Origin: Eledone cirrhosa
Lineage: Eukaryota
DNA: 64,000 bases
Direction: 5' to 3'
NCBI GenBank assembly: GCA_964016885.1
Contig: OZ024745.1
Coordinates: 108,686,001 to 108,750,000 of the forward strand
The position numbers were made by a program, and so were the translations under genes. Positions 40,940-53,165 of this stretch are shown piece by piece (positions within the stretch are counted from its first letter, which is position 1; every line of letters begins with the position of its first letter). The notes beneath the pieces are model-generated. The model ran no database searches. It was not told the DNA's origin and worked only from the letters and a program-made list of their open reading frames with translations.

Positions 40940-40941
<2 letters not shown>
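40799..40941 (-). mobile_element. Family A mini-element, internally deleted
   Basis: Tail to ...CTTAGGGTA, T-rich filler, then CAGAATTAGCCGTCGAAACGGC..GTCGGGGTC; TA flanks. Confidence 0.8.
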
Positions 40942-40972
<31 letters not shown>

Positions 40973-41204
40973 AGTATATATATATATATATATACTACAC
41001 ACACACACAGAGTTTAGTTGTTGTAACGTCAAGTTATTGTAGGTTCACCAGAGTGAGTACTCGATGCGAAGTTACCATAACAGAAGTCCGACGAGCTTTT
41101 GATTCCAGAGTCGGGCTCAATCGATACAGATCGAACCTTGAGCTGATCAATCATGAAACACATGTCACACCTCAATAAATGTAATGAACACTTAATATCT
41201 CGTC

Positions 41205-41245
<41 letters not shown>

Positions 41246-41286
41246 CGAAACATAAGTCAATTGCATGAACTCATAATCCTTTATTT

Positions 41287-41342
41287 ACTGCTATATATAT
41301 TTCGAAGATAGCCATTGTATGGCTATGACCTCATCAGGCAGT
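41287..41342 (-). ncRNA. Type I hammerhead ribozyme motif
   Basis: ACTGC-CTGATGA-GGTCATAGCCATACAATGGCTATCTTC-GAA-ATATATAT-A^GCAGT in a ~110-bp island between two (TA)n tracts. Confidence 0.85.
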
Positions 41343-41350
41343 TAGTCAGT

Positions 41351-41403
<53 letters not shown>

Positions 41404-41406
<3 letters not shown>

Positions 41407-41603
41407 ACAAAGAGGGTATGGTAAGATTCCAGGTGGACCATAACGCACCAGAGTACTCAATACTTATTGTAGTAGAGTAGGTAATAGGAAAAGAGTCAGG
41501 ACCCCGACGGCTGGGCTCCAGCCGTTTCGACAGCTAGATCCGAGTTCAGATCTAGTCGTCGAAACGGCTGGAGCTCAGCCGTCGGGGTCCTGACTCTTTT
41601 CAT
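41404..41603 (-). mobile_element. Family A fold-back mini-element (same subfamily as 4853-5052)
   Basis: Arms GAAAAGAGTCAGGACCCCGACGGCTG..CTAGATC / GATCTAG..CAGCCGTCGGGGTCCTGACTCTTTTC. Confidence 0.9.
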
Positions 41604-42313
41604 ATATATATACACACATGCGCGCGCACAGAACTTGGTTCCACTAATGTCATCGATTTTATTTTCCAGTTCAAGTGTTATACACATACATACATTTACA
41701 TAACGCACTTGGACGTTCACACACACTACAGACAGAGTGATTTAATTCTTATTTTCTCTATATTATGGGGGGGAGTGTATGTGTGTGTGTGTGAGAATGT
41801 GCAAGCGTGTGTTTCCCCTCACCTCTTCTACCACCAAAACATAGACACACACACACACACACACACACTTATTAATACAAATACTTTCTTAACCCAAGCT
41901 CTCTGCAACACCACAGCCATCATCACAGTCTTTCTGTTAACAATGATCCTTACTTCATGCTAGCCTGAAGCAAAGACAAACCTTAAACTGATTCCACTCC
42001 ACGACTTTCCTGGCTCCCTTCCCTTCTCATCTCCCAACTACTCTTACCTTACCCACCCTACCTAAAAAAAAAAAAAATCATGAACGAAGTTGATAGAAGA
42101 TATAGAAGGATGAAGAATGGGTGAGAGATAAGGTAGACAGTGCAGCAATAGAAGTAACAACATAGATCTTAGCATGGATTAGAAGTGTTGGTAATGGGCT
42201 TGGAGGTGGCTGAGAGATGGGGGATGGTGGGAATGTCTTTGTTGTAGATCCAATAGCAAACACAATCACTAAGGCCTTTAGACAAAAGGAAGTATCAATT
42301 TGGATTGTAAGGT

Positions 42314-43500
42314 GAAGGTTATACTGTGTCGGGAGTTTGTAATGTGTTGTTGGAGGTTGTAGGGTGACAATGGAGGTTATAGTGTGTTAGTGGAGGCTAT
42401 TGTGTGTTAGTGGAGGTTATAGTGTGTCGGGAGTTTGTAATGTGTTGTTGGAGGTTGTAGGGTGACAATGGAGGTTATAGTGTGTTAGTGGAGGCTATTG
42501 TGTGTTAGTGGAGGTTATAGTGTGTCGGGAGTTTGTAATGTGTTGTTGGAGGTTGTAGGGTGACAATGGAGGTTATAGTGTGTTAGTGGAGGCTATTGTG
42601 TGTTAGTGGAGGTTATAGTGTGTCGGGAGTTTGTAATGTGTTGTTGGAGGTTGTAGGGTGACAATGGAGGTTATAGTGTGTTAGTGGAGGCTATTGTGTG
42701 TTAGTGGAGGTTATAGTGTGTCGGGAGTTTGTAATGTGTTGTTGGAGGTTGTAGGGTGACAATGGAGGTTATAGTGTGTTAGTTGAGGCTATTGTGTGTT
42801 AGTGGAGGTTATAGTGTGTCGGGAGTTTGTAATGTGTTGTTGGAGGTTGTAGGGTGACAATGGAGGTTATAGTGTGTTAGTGGAGGCTATTGTGTGTTAG
42901 TGGAGGTTATAGTGTGTCGGGAGTTTGTAATGTGTTGTTGGAGGTTGTAGGGTGACAATGGAGGTTATAGTGTGTTAGTGGAGGCTATTGTGTGTTAGTG
43001 GAGGTTATAGTGTGTCGGGAGTTTGTAATGTGTTGTTGGAGGTTGTAGGGTGACAATGGAGGTTATAGTGTGTTAGTGGAGGCTATTGTGTGTTAGTGGA
43101 GGTTATAGTGTGTCGGGAGTTTGTAATGTGTTGTTGGAGGTTGTAGGGTGACAATGGAGGTTATAGTGTGTTAGTGGAGGCTATTGTGTGTTAGTGGAGG
43201 TTATAGTGTGTCGGGAGTTTGTAATGTGTTGTTGGAGGTTGTAGGGTGACAATGGAGGTTATAGTGTGTTAGTGGAGGCTATTGTATGTTAGTGGAGGTT
43301 ATAGTGTGTTGGGAGTTTGTAATGTGTTGATGGAGGTTGTAGGGTGACAATGGAGGTTATAGTGTGATAGTGGAGGCTATTGTGTGTTAGTGGAAGTTAT
43401 AGTGTGTCGGTAGTTTATAATGTGTTGATGGAGGTTGTAGGGTGACAATGGAAGTTATAGTGTGTTAATGGAGGTTATAGTGTGTTAATGGAGGTTATAG
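42314..43500. repeat. 98-bp satellite (~12 units) made of five ~20-bp subrepeats
   Basis: TCGGGAGTTT recurs at 42329, 42427, 42525 ...; subunit GGAGGTTATAGTGTGTTAGT. Confidence 0.95.
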
Positions 43501-43599
43501 TGAGTTAAAGGATGCTACAGTGTGAACACTTTAGTTTTTGCTAAGTTTACTCCCATCCCTTTTGATTCTAAATTTTGTTTCCTCAGCTTGTATTCACCA

Positions 43600-44165
43600 G
43601 TTCTGCCACAGATTCAGCTATGAGCACCAGATCATCAGCATATAGATGTTTTCATGGACAGCCAATCTTAAAATCTTCAGTTTTGGCCTTGAGGACTCTA
43701 ATAAACAGAAGTAAGCTTAGTACTGAACCTTGATGCACTCCTACGTACTACGTCTACCTTGAATTCCTCACTAACCCCACAGTTCAACTGCACATTTATT
43801 GCACTGCTCTCACATACTATTCTTCTATGCCTATTTTCCTTAGGGACAACAAGATGTCAGATCTGGTTACTCTATCAAAAGTTTTATTTTAGGTTCATGA
43901 AATCTTGATTCAATGGCTTACAATTAGCTAGGAACTTCACTAAAAAGAGGGCACCTGCGGAGGTCCCCCTTGGCTCAAAGCCAAACTGCATCTCGTCTAA
44001 TTTGACTCTTTCCCTAATAAGTTGTGCTAGAATCCTTTCTGTCATTTTCATAACTTGATCCATTAGTTTTATACCTATGTAGTTGCTCCTTTCAAGGGTG
44101 TCAGCTCTTCCTTTATAGCAATTAATGATTATACTGCTGCACCAGTCATTGTGTATGACTCCATT
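43600..44165 (-). pseudogene. Degraded RTE-clade RT fragment
   Basis: Reverse complement contains NYIGIKLMDQVMKMTER, LDEMQFGF, GVHQGSVLS and LYADDLVL; paralogous to 13068-13560. Confidence 0.75.
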
Positions 44166-44870
44166 TATATTTCATATGATGTCTTTCAGTCTTTCAGTCT
44201 TTCAGTCCAAAGTACAATTAACTCCCAGAGAAAATGTAACGTTTTAGGACATTCCATGGTAGCTGCAATAAATTTATAGAGAAAAGTTATAAAAAAAACT
44301 GAAATAGTTTGATAAATCAAGAAACAAAATATTTGATCAGGTCTAACCTGAGGCTAAACAACAACAACTACAACATGCAGGTGAATAAATCAAATAAGTC
44401 TTTATGCAATCACTCAATATACTAGATACTAAATATAGTAGTTATATCTCCCTTAAGGTTCACCCTTCCTCTCGTCCCTTTTGATATCAAACTGTCTGAA
44501 ACCATCTCTGGTTCTATGAGAGAAAGCTCTTTATTTTAAAGTGATCATCTTTACCTAAAAAAACCTTCTTTCATAATATTATGTATCTTTGTTAAACTAT
44601 GCCCCAAACCTCAATTTAACGAGAAAGTTATTTTATTAAATCCCACCAAATTCTTAATTATTTTAAAATTGATTTGATAATAATAGGCAGTATTTTTTTT
44701 CATTAGTGAAGAGTATCAAAAGCTGTAAATCTGTAAATCACATTTAGTCTTTTAACCAACTACTAGACTGACATAACACTGTTTGATTCAGATATGACCT
44801 GCGACTATACATTAACAATGACAATAACAACCAGCAAGTGAAATTAAAACTGAGCACACACAGTCATCAA

Positions 44871-45057
44871 CATCATCATCATCATCATCATCATCACTGT
44901 TTAACATCCATGTGTCCACGCTGGCATGGGTTAGACGAGTTATCCTGTTGTGAGCAATGCCAGGTCAGGTGACCATGTCTTGCTCATACAGAACTGATTT
45001 TGGCTTGGTTTCTACAGCTGGATGCCTTTCCTAACACCAGTATCATTTACAGTGAGT
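44871..45057 (-). mobile_element. SINE family 2 3' portion leading into the 48-bp array
   Basis: (CAT)n tail, TTTCTACAGCTGGATGCCTTTCCTAACACC, continuous with the array. Confidence 0.85.
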
Positions 45058-48000
45058 ACTGGGTACTTTTGCCATGACACCTACCCGACCACTTTACAGT
45101 GTGGACTGGGTACTTTTTGCCATGACACCTACATGACCACTTTACAGTGTGGACTGGGTACTTTTTGCCATGACACCTACACGACCACTTTACAGTGTGG
45201 ACTGGGTACTTTTTGCCATGACACCTACACGACCACTTTACAGTGTGGACTGGGTACTTTTTGCCATGACACCTACACGACCACTTTACAGTGTGGACTG
45301 GGTACTTTTTGCCATGACACCTACATGACTACTTTACAGTGTGGACTGGGTACTTTTTGCCATGACACCTACACGACCACTTTACAGTGTGGACTGGGTA
45401 CTTTTTGCCATGACACCTACACGACCACTTTACAGTGTGGACTGGGTACTTTTTGCCATGACACCTACACGACCACTTTACAGTGTGGACTGGGTACTTT
45501 TTGCCATGACACCTACATGACCACTTTACAGTGTGGACTGGGTACTTTTTGCCATGACACCTACACGACCACTTTACAGTGTGGACTGGGTACCTTTTGC
45601 CATGACACCTACATGACCACTTTACAGTGTGGACTGGGTACTTTTTGCCATGACACCTACATGACCACTTTACAGTGTGGACTGGGTACTTTTTGCCATG
45701 ACACCTACACGACCACTTTACAGTGTGGACTGGGTACCTTTTGCCATGACACCTACATGACCACTTTACAGTGTGGACTGGGTACTTTTTGCCATGACAC
45801 CTACATGACCACTTTACAGTGTGGACTGGGTACTTTTTGCCATGACACCTACACGACCACTTTACAGTGTGGACTGGGTACCTTTTGCCATGACACCTAC
45901 ATGACCACTTTACAGTGTGGACTGGGTACTTTTTGCCATGACACCTACATGACCACTTTACAGTGTGGACTGGGTACTTTTTGCCATGACACCTACATGA
46001 CCACTTTACAGTGTGGACTGGGTACTTTTTGCCATGACACCTACATGACCACTTTACAGTGTGGACTGGGTACTTTTTGCCATGACACCTACACGACCAC
46101 TTTACAGTGTGGACTGGGTACCTTTTGCCATGACACCTACATGACCACTTTACAGTGTGGACTGGGTACTTTTTGCCATGACACCTACATGACCACTTTA
46201 CAGTGTGGACTGGGTACTTTTTGCCATGACACCTACACGACCACTTTACAGTGTGGACTGGGTACCTTTTGCCATGACACCTACATGACCACTTTACAGT
46301 GTGGACTGGGTACTTTTTGCCATGACACCTACATGACCACTTTACAGTGTGGACTGGGTACTTTTTGCCATGACACCTACATGACCACTTTACAGTGTGG
46401 ACTGGGTACTTTTTGCCATGACACCTACATGACCACTTTACAGTGTGGACTGGGTACTTTTTGCCATGACACCTACACGACCACTTTACAGTGTGGACTG
46501 GGTACCTTTTGCCATGACACCTACATGACCACTTTACAGTGTGGACTGGGTACTTTTTGCCATGACACCTACACGACCACTTTACAGTGTGGACTGGGTA
46601 CTTTTTGCCATGACACCTACACGACCACTTTACAGTGTGGACTGGGTACTTTTTGCCATGGCACCTACACGACCACTTTACAGTGTGGACTGGGTACCTT
46701 TTGCCATGACACCTACATGACCACTTTACAGTGTGGACTGGGTACCTTTTGCCATGACACCTACATGACCACTTTACAGTGTGGACTGGGTACCTTTTGC
46801 CATGACACCTACATGACCACTTTACAGTGTGGACTGGGTACCTTTTGCCATGACACCTACATGACCACTTTACAGTGTGGACTGGGTACTTTTTGCCATG
46901 ACACCTACAACGACCACTTTACAGTATGGACTGGGTACTTTTTGCCATGGCACCTACATGACCACTTTACAGTGTGGACTGGGTACATTTTGCCATGACA
47001 CCTACATGACCACTTTACAGTGTGGACTGGGTACTTTTTGCCATGACACCTACACGACCACTTTACAGTGTGGACTGGGTACTTTTTGCCATGACACCTA
47101 CACGACCACTTTACAGTGTGGACTGGGTACCTTTTGCCATGACACTTACATGACCACTTTACAGTGTGGACTGGGTACCTTTTGCCATGACACCTACATG
47201 ACCACTTTACAGTGTGGACTGGGTACCTTTTGCCATGACACCTACATGACCACTTTACAGTGTGGACTGGGTACTTTTTGCCATGACACCTACACGACCA
47301 CTTTACAGTGTGGACTGGGTACTTTTTGCCATGACACCTACACGACCACTTTACAGTGTGGACTGGGTACTTTTTGCCATGACACCTACACGACCACTTT
47401 ACAGTGTGGACTGGGTACCTTTTGCCATGACACCTACATGACCACTTTACAGTGTGGACTGGGTACTTTTTGCCATGACACCTACACGACCACTTTACAG
47501 TGTGGACTGGGTACTTTTTGCCATGACACCTACACGACCACTTTACAGTGTGGACTGGGTACTTTTTGCCATGACACCTACACGACCACTTTACAGTGTG
47601 GACTGGGTACCTTTTGCCATGACACCTACATGACCACTTTACAGTGTGGACTGGGTACTTTTTGCCATGACACCTACACGACCACTTTACAGTGTGGACT
47701 GGGTACCTTTTGCCATGACACCTACATGACCACTTTACAGTGTGGACTGGGTACTTTTTGCCATGACACCTACACGACCACTTTACAGTGTGGACTGGGT
47801 ACTTTTTGCCATGACACCTATACGACCACTTTACAGTGTGGACTGGGTACTTTTTGCCATGACACCTACACGACCACTTTACAGTGTGGACTGGGTACCT
47901 TTTGCCATGACACCTACATGACCACTTTACAGTGTGGACTGGGTACTTTTTGCCATGACACCTACACGACCACTTTACAGTGTGGACTGGGTACTTTTTG

Positions 48001-48083
48001 CCATGACACCTACACGACCACTTTACAGTGTGGACTGGGTACCTTTTGCCATGACACCTACACGACCACTTTACAGTGTGGGC
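45058..48083. repeat. 48-bp tandem satellite, ~63 copies, derived from SINE family 2 internal unit
   Basis: CTGGGTACYTTTTGCCATGACACCTACAYGACCACTTTACAGTGTGGA; matches SINE segment CTGGGTGCTTTTTTGCCGTGGCACCTCCACGACCACTTTGCAGTG. Confidence 0.95.
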
Positions 48084-48901
48084 TGGAGGCTTCACTGGAT
48101 GTATACTTCCACTTGTCCTCAAGGGAGATATATAGGAGGGTGGTGCATACTATATATATATATATGCTTCAGCCAGAGCCTGTGTCAGTGGGAAGTTTGG
48201 TCTTCTGTAATACTGCATAACTTGGGTACATTTTTTTAATGATACCTGCTTTACTCTGTGATAGCCATTTTACAACCAGGTAGTCATTAGAGCCATAGAT
48301 AACACAATGGGAATTGGAGCAGAGAGGGGTAGAGATAACATAGATATCACAGAGTGCCAGTAATTGGATAGATACCATTAAGACTTTAGGCCATATTATA
48401 TATATCATCAACCCCTTGACATGGCCAGCTGTGACTTTCATCAAATTCCAGTAAATAATTAGGTCAGCATAAATAAATACTGATCAACAAAGATGTCCTT
48501 AAAATACTAGCAAACATGACCCCCACCATAAAAAAACACACAAAAACAAAAAAATTAAACACAATTAAATTCCTTCAAATTTGGTCAATATTTTTTGTAT
48601 GTTTTTTGACAAATAAATAAATTCAATGTTTGATTAAAATTTCTAGGAGCAATTTAAATAGAGCCAATTTTTTTTATTATTTTTTTTTTATTTTCGTTAA
48701 AGGTTCTTTTTCAACTGTATATATAAATTTAAAATAAAAGAAATTTTTTAGGTTGTGTTTTTTTTTTCTTTTGTTTTTGATTTACAGTTTTCAGTTTTTA
48801 AACTTACATTGGGTTTCTTGTAACCAAATGAAGTAAATTTAATTAAATACTTAAATCTAAGGACAGAAAAGCATGTACGTATATGTGTGTGTCTATGCAT
48901 G

Positions 48902-48904
<3 letters not shown>

Positions 48905-48958
<54 letters not shown>

Positions 48959-49030
48959 TAGAGAGAGAGAGGATATGTGTATATATATATATATATTTAT
49001 AAGCAAAAATAATATATATACAGAAATATC

Positions 49031-49113
<83 letters not shown>

Positions 49114-49595
49114 AGATACATAGATAAATAGATTCATGCACGCCCCCACACGAAAAGAATTTACCCTCTATTTATTCGTATTTCATATATTACATTCTTT
49201 GTGAGTGTGTATATATATATATATGCACATGCATATGTAAATGTATCTATATACATACATATGCATATATATATATATATATACATACATACATATGCAT
49301 ATATATATACATATGCATATATATATATATATATACATACATATGCATATATATATATACATACATATGCATATATATATATACATACATATGCATATAT
49401 ATATATACATACATATGCATATGTATATATATATACATATGTATATATATATATATATATACATACATATGCATATATATATATACATACATATGCATAT
49501 ATATATATACATACATATGCATATATATATATATATATATATACATACACATACATACATACATACATACATACATACATACATACATACATACA

Positions 49596-49626
<31 letters not shown>

Positions 49627-49650
49627 GTATACACATACATACATATATGT
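48905..49650. repeat. (TA)n, (AG)n, (TACA)n compound microsatellite
   Basis: Direct inspection. Confidence 0.95.
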
Positions 49651-49861
49651 ACAATCCTTCACTCATACAGCACACAATTTCATGGAGTGTACAACATTTA
49701 GCTTCAGGTAGGAAGTGATTAAATGTAAACATTTCTCTTGTTGGACAAATTTCACTGGAATGTAGTATGTTTCTATCACTCATCAGGAGTAAGAATACAT
49801 ATATACAGTCATTCACACTGATATATATAAATATATATTATATACATGCATGTACATACAT

Positions 49862-49895
<34 letters not shown>

Positions 49896-50027
49896 ATATA
49901 TGTAGGAGGTGAGTTTTATTGTAGTACAATAAAGCAATGCAGATATCGGATAAGAAGCACTCTACAGTTTGTAGGACTGGAGTATACATAATATAAGATC
50001 AAAAGATGGTTAAAGGAGTTCCATGTA

Positions 50028-50094
50028 TTTTATTATGCGCATTTCAAAAACAAACATCATCATGCAATAATATTTGTGTTTTCATCAGATAAAA
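50028..50094 (-). ncRNA. Type I hammerhead ribozyme motif (mirror copy)
   Basis: Reverse complement of 50219-50285 with intact core. Confidence 0.8.
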
Positions 50095-50218
50095 CAGGAG
50101 AACATGATATGGAGGCTAAAAAACACTTGTGGATAGTGCAGTTTTAAATCAACATATATGTTGATTTAAAACTGCACTATCCACAAGTGTTTTTTAGCCT
50201 TCATATCATGTCCTCCTG

Positions 50219-50285
50219 TTTTATCTGATGAAAACACAAATATTATTGCATGATGATGTTTGTTTTTGAAATGCGCATAATAAAA
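50219..50285 (+). ncRNA. Type I hammerhead ribozyme motif
   Basis: TTTTAT-CTGATGA-AAACACAAATATTATTGCATGATGATGTTTGTTTTT-GAA-ATGCGCAT-A^ATAAAA. Confidence 0.8.
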
Positions 50286-50611
50286 TACATGGAACTCATT
50301 TAACCATCTTTTGATCTTATATTATATATACATATATATATATATATGTGTATGTGTGTGTGTATCATTATCATCATCATCGTCGTTTAACGTCCACCTT
50401 CCATGCTAGGATAGGTTAGACACACACACCTACACACACACACACCCACCCACATGTATATATATATATATATATATGTGCGTGTGTGTATATATGTGTA
50501 TGTATATATATGCATATAATGGCTGATTGCAGTAAAATGCTTCTATTGACAGTCCAAATACTGAAGCAGTCAACATTATATCTACTCACAAATATTCTTC
50601 ACACTTTTATT

Positions 50612-50657
<46 letters not shown>

Positions 50658-50665
50658 AAAAAAAT

Positions 50666-51219
50666 GAGCAAGAATGAAGGGTTCATTCTACTGACATGGC
50701 TATAAAATTGAGGCTTGTTTGCATAATTGCAAATGAATCGAATGTTATTATTAATATTCGAAAAACTCAGATTACATTTATTGTATTCAGCCATGTAGAG
50801 GGAAATTTTCTTTTTTATTTGAATTTGGCAAAGCCGGCCATTGATCGCTCGTATACAGGAAACTGACTGGCCAGTCTGCTGATGTACAAATCTGGCTGCT
50901 TAGTGGATCTGCTAATATGTAGATCTGACTGATCAGCCAATTTGCTAATATGCAAATCAGGCCAATCAGTCACTGTGTATTTTTGAAAATAGCATATATT
51001 TTCACTAGCTCTGACAGTTTGGCAGGTGAACAGTGAGCTGTACTGATGAAGGGTGATACCCAGAAACATTAGTGTCTGCAGTTCTGTTCGCATGCCAACA
51101 CAAGAGCAAGAATGAAGTGTTCATTCTACTGACATGGCTATAAAATTGAGGCTTGTTTGCATAATTGCAAATGAATCGAATGTTATTATTAATATTCGAA
51201 AAACTCGGATTACATTTAT
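50666..51219 (+). mobile_element. 438-bp hammerhead-bearing unit with 116-bp terminal direct repeat (partial tandem), in (TA)n
   Basis: GAGCAAGAATGAAG...GATTACATTTAT at 50666-50781 and 51104-51219. Confidence 0.85.
51035..51084 (+). ncRNA. Type I hammerhead ribozyme motif with GUC site
   Basis: GAGCTGTA-CTGATGA-AGGGTGATACCCA-GAA-ACATTAGTGT-C^TGCAGTTC; 8-bp stem I (two G-U), A/A mismatch at base of stem II. Confidence 0.85.
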
Positions 51220-51275
51220 ATATATATATTCTTGTATTTACACTGGTTATATACTACCAATAAACATTCTAACTT

Positions 51276-51406
51276 CATTGTTTCTGAAGAAAACGGTCTG
51301 ATCAAACCTGTATATGATGTCTGAGTCTGATAGTATACAGTTGTATAACTGCTATAGATCAGTCAATATGTCAATATAATCAATTTGAAACGATCGTAAA
51401 ACATTG
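51276..51406 (+). ncRNA. Hammerhead motif with ~96-nt extended stem II
   Basis: CATTGTTT-CTGAAGA-AAA..CTGATC..CTGTATA..TATACAG..GATCAG..TTT-GAA-ACGATCGT-A^AAACATTG; palindromic stem III. Confidence 0.7.
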
Positions 51407-52762
51407 ATATGAGTAGGTAAAATAACTTGACTTTGTTATTATTTTCATTGTTAAATTAATATCTGATATATATATATATATATATATCATCATCATCATC
51501 ATCATTTAACGTCCATCTTCCACGCTTGCATGGGTTTGGAGTATATATATATATATATCATCATCATCATCCCCGTTTTACGTCCGTTCTTCCACGTTAG
51601 CATGGGTTAGACGGGTTGTCCTGTTGTGGGCAGTAGCCAGTCGGCTGACCATGTCTTGCTCATATGGGAACTAATTCTGGCTTGATTTCTACAGCTGGAT
51701 GCCCTTCCTAACACCAACCTCATTTACAGTGAGTGCTGGGTGCTTTTTTTTCCGTGGCGCCTACACGTCCACTTTACAGTGTGGGCTGGATGCTTTTTTG
51801 CCGTGGCACCTCCACGACCACTTTGCAGTGGAATGATAGGGACCCCAGTCCCTATCATCTCATTTCTACAGCTGAGTAAACTGGAGCAATGTGAAATAAA
51901 GTGTCTTGCTCAAGGAAACAACACATCACCTGGTCCGAGAATTGAACTCACAACCTTTCAATTGCAAGCCCAATGCTCTAACGACTAAGCCATGTATATA
52001 TATACATGTATATGTATGATAGTGATTTACATATTTACATATATACACATATATTAAAATGAATGACTTTTAACTTTGGTATTAACTAAACACTAAGATA
52101 TATCTAAGATATGGCAAGAGGTATAACAAGAATTTCTTACAGTCATTAAAAAAGATGTTTAGATTTTGCAAGGTAACCAGAAGAGAGATGTGGAATGTTC
52201 ACTGGACAGATTTTACAGCAAAACCAACCAGCAAGAGACCTAAGGGCAGTCCCCAAGCAAGATGGTTGGATAACATCCATGTGCTTGGGATCCAGCTGGA
52301 TCAGTTGGAGATGGTTGGTTCTGACAGGACCAGCTGGAAGGAGTGTTTGAGGGCTCTGCAGTCCCATGACCCTCTCAGGAATAAGTGGGCAAAGAAGAAG
52401 GGAAGTAGGTGTAAAAGACAAACTTGCTATCTTTGATTCGGTATTCAGGCTAATCTTTACTTATGGATAATCTTTACTATTGGGTAATAACCAAAAGAAT
52501 ATAGTTGTGAATACAAGCGATCAAATTGATATTTTCTCTGAAGTGTCTTTGGAGTAATATTACTCAATAGAGTGCGTAGCTCAAACAGCAGGGAGTTGCT
52601 TCAGGTAGAGCTGCTACTTAACCAAATTGAGAGATCAAAACTCCGATACTCCGGGCATGTAGTTAGAATGTCTTGGGAAAGAATCGCTGGACAGATTTTA
52701 CAGGTGAAACTGAAGGTTTGACCCTGAGCAAGATGGTTGGATAACATCTATGAGCTCAGTTA

Positions 52763-53165
52763 CAGGGTGTTTCGAAAAATTAGGTATTGTTTGAGATGTA
52801 AATATCCCAGAAACTACTAAGTCTATAACAACGATACTGAGTAGGTTTATTGTTGAGCAACATAATATTTATTCCTCAAAGTTTATCAACATTATAACTA
52901 TAATTCACAGTATCGGTAGAGGGTCGGATGCCATGCTTTGCAGCAAAGAGTTACGGCCCTTTATGATCTGAGTTCAAATCCCGCCGAGGTTAACTTTACC
53001 TTTCATCTTTACGGAGTCGATAAAATAAAGTACCAGTAATACACTGGGATAATTGCTGGCCTTGTGCCAAAAGTAGAAACAATTATAACTATAATTCACA
53101 ATATATATTGGTGTTCTCTGGGATATTTATATTTCAAATGATATCTAATTTTTTGAAACACCCTG
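52763..53165. mobile_element. Tc1/mariner-type MITE with nested SINE
   Basis: TA|CAGGGTGTTTCGAAAAATTAG ... CTAATTTTTTGAAACACCCTG|TA; SINE flanked by 19-bp duplication ATTATAACTATAATTCACA (52891, 53082). Confidence 0.85.

Larger units (their letters stand above)
49983..50330. repeat. Spacerless ~350-bp palindrome centred at 50156/50157
   Basis: AAATCAACATATATGTTGATTT centre; arms differ at only a few positions. Confidence 0.95.

Noticed and set aside
41138-41176. CTGATCA-ATCAT-GAAACACATGTC
   Set aside because: Core mismatch and offset stem I; cannot be supported from one copy.
43625-43645. CTGATGA on minus strand
   Set aside because: Codons of the RT YADD motif.
45022-48220. 658-aa and 447-aa Cys/His repeat ORFs; CRISPR-like regularity
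   Set aside because: Translation of a SINE-derived 48-bp tandem repeat; no unique spacers, no cas genes, frameshift at ~46909.
49760-49800. Minus-strand CTGATGA-GTGATA-GAAACATACTA
   Set aside because: Core spacing fits but stems I-III do not pair; at best decayed.
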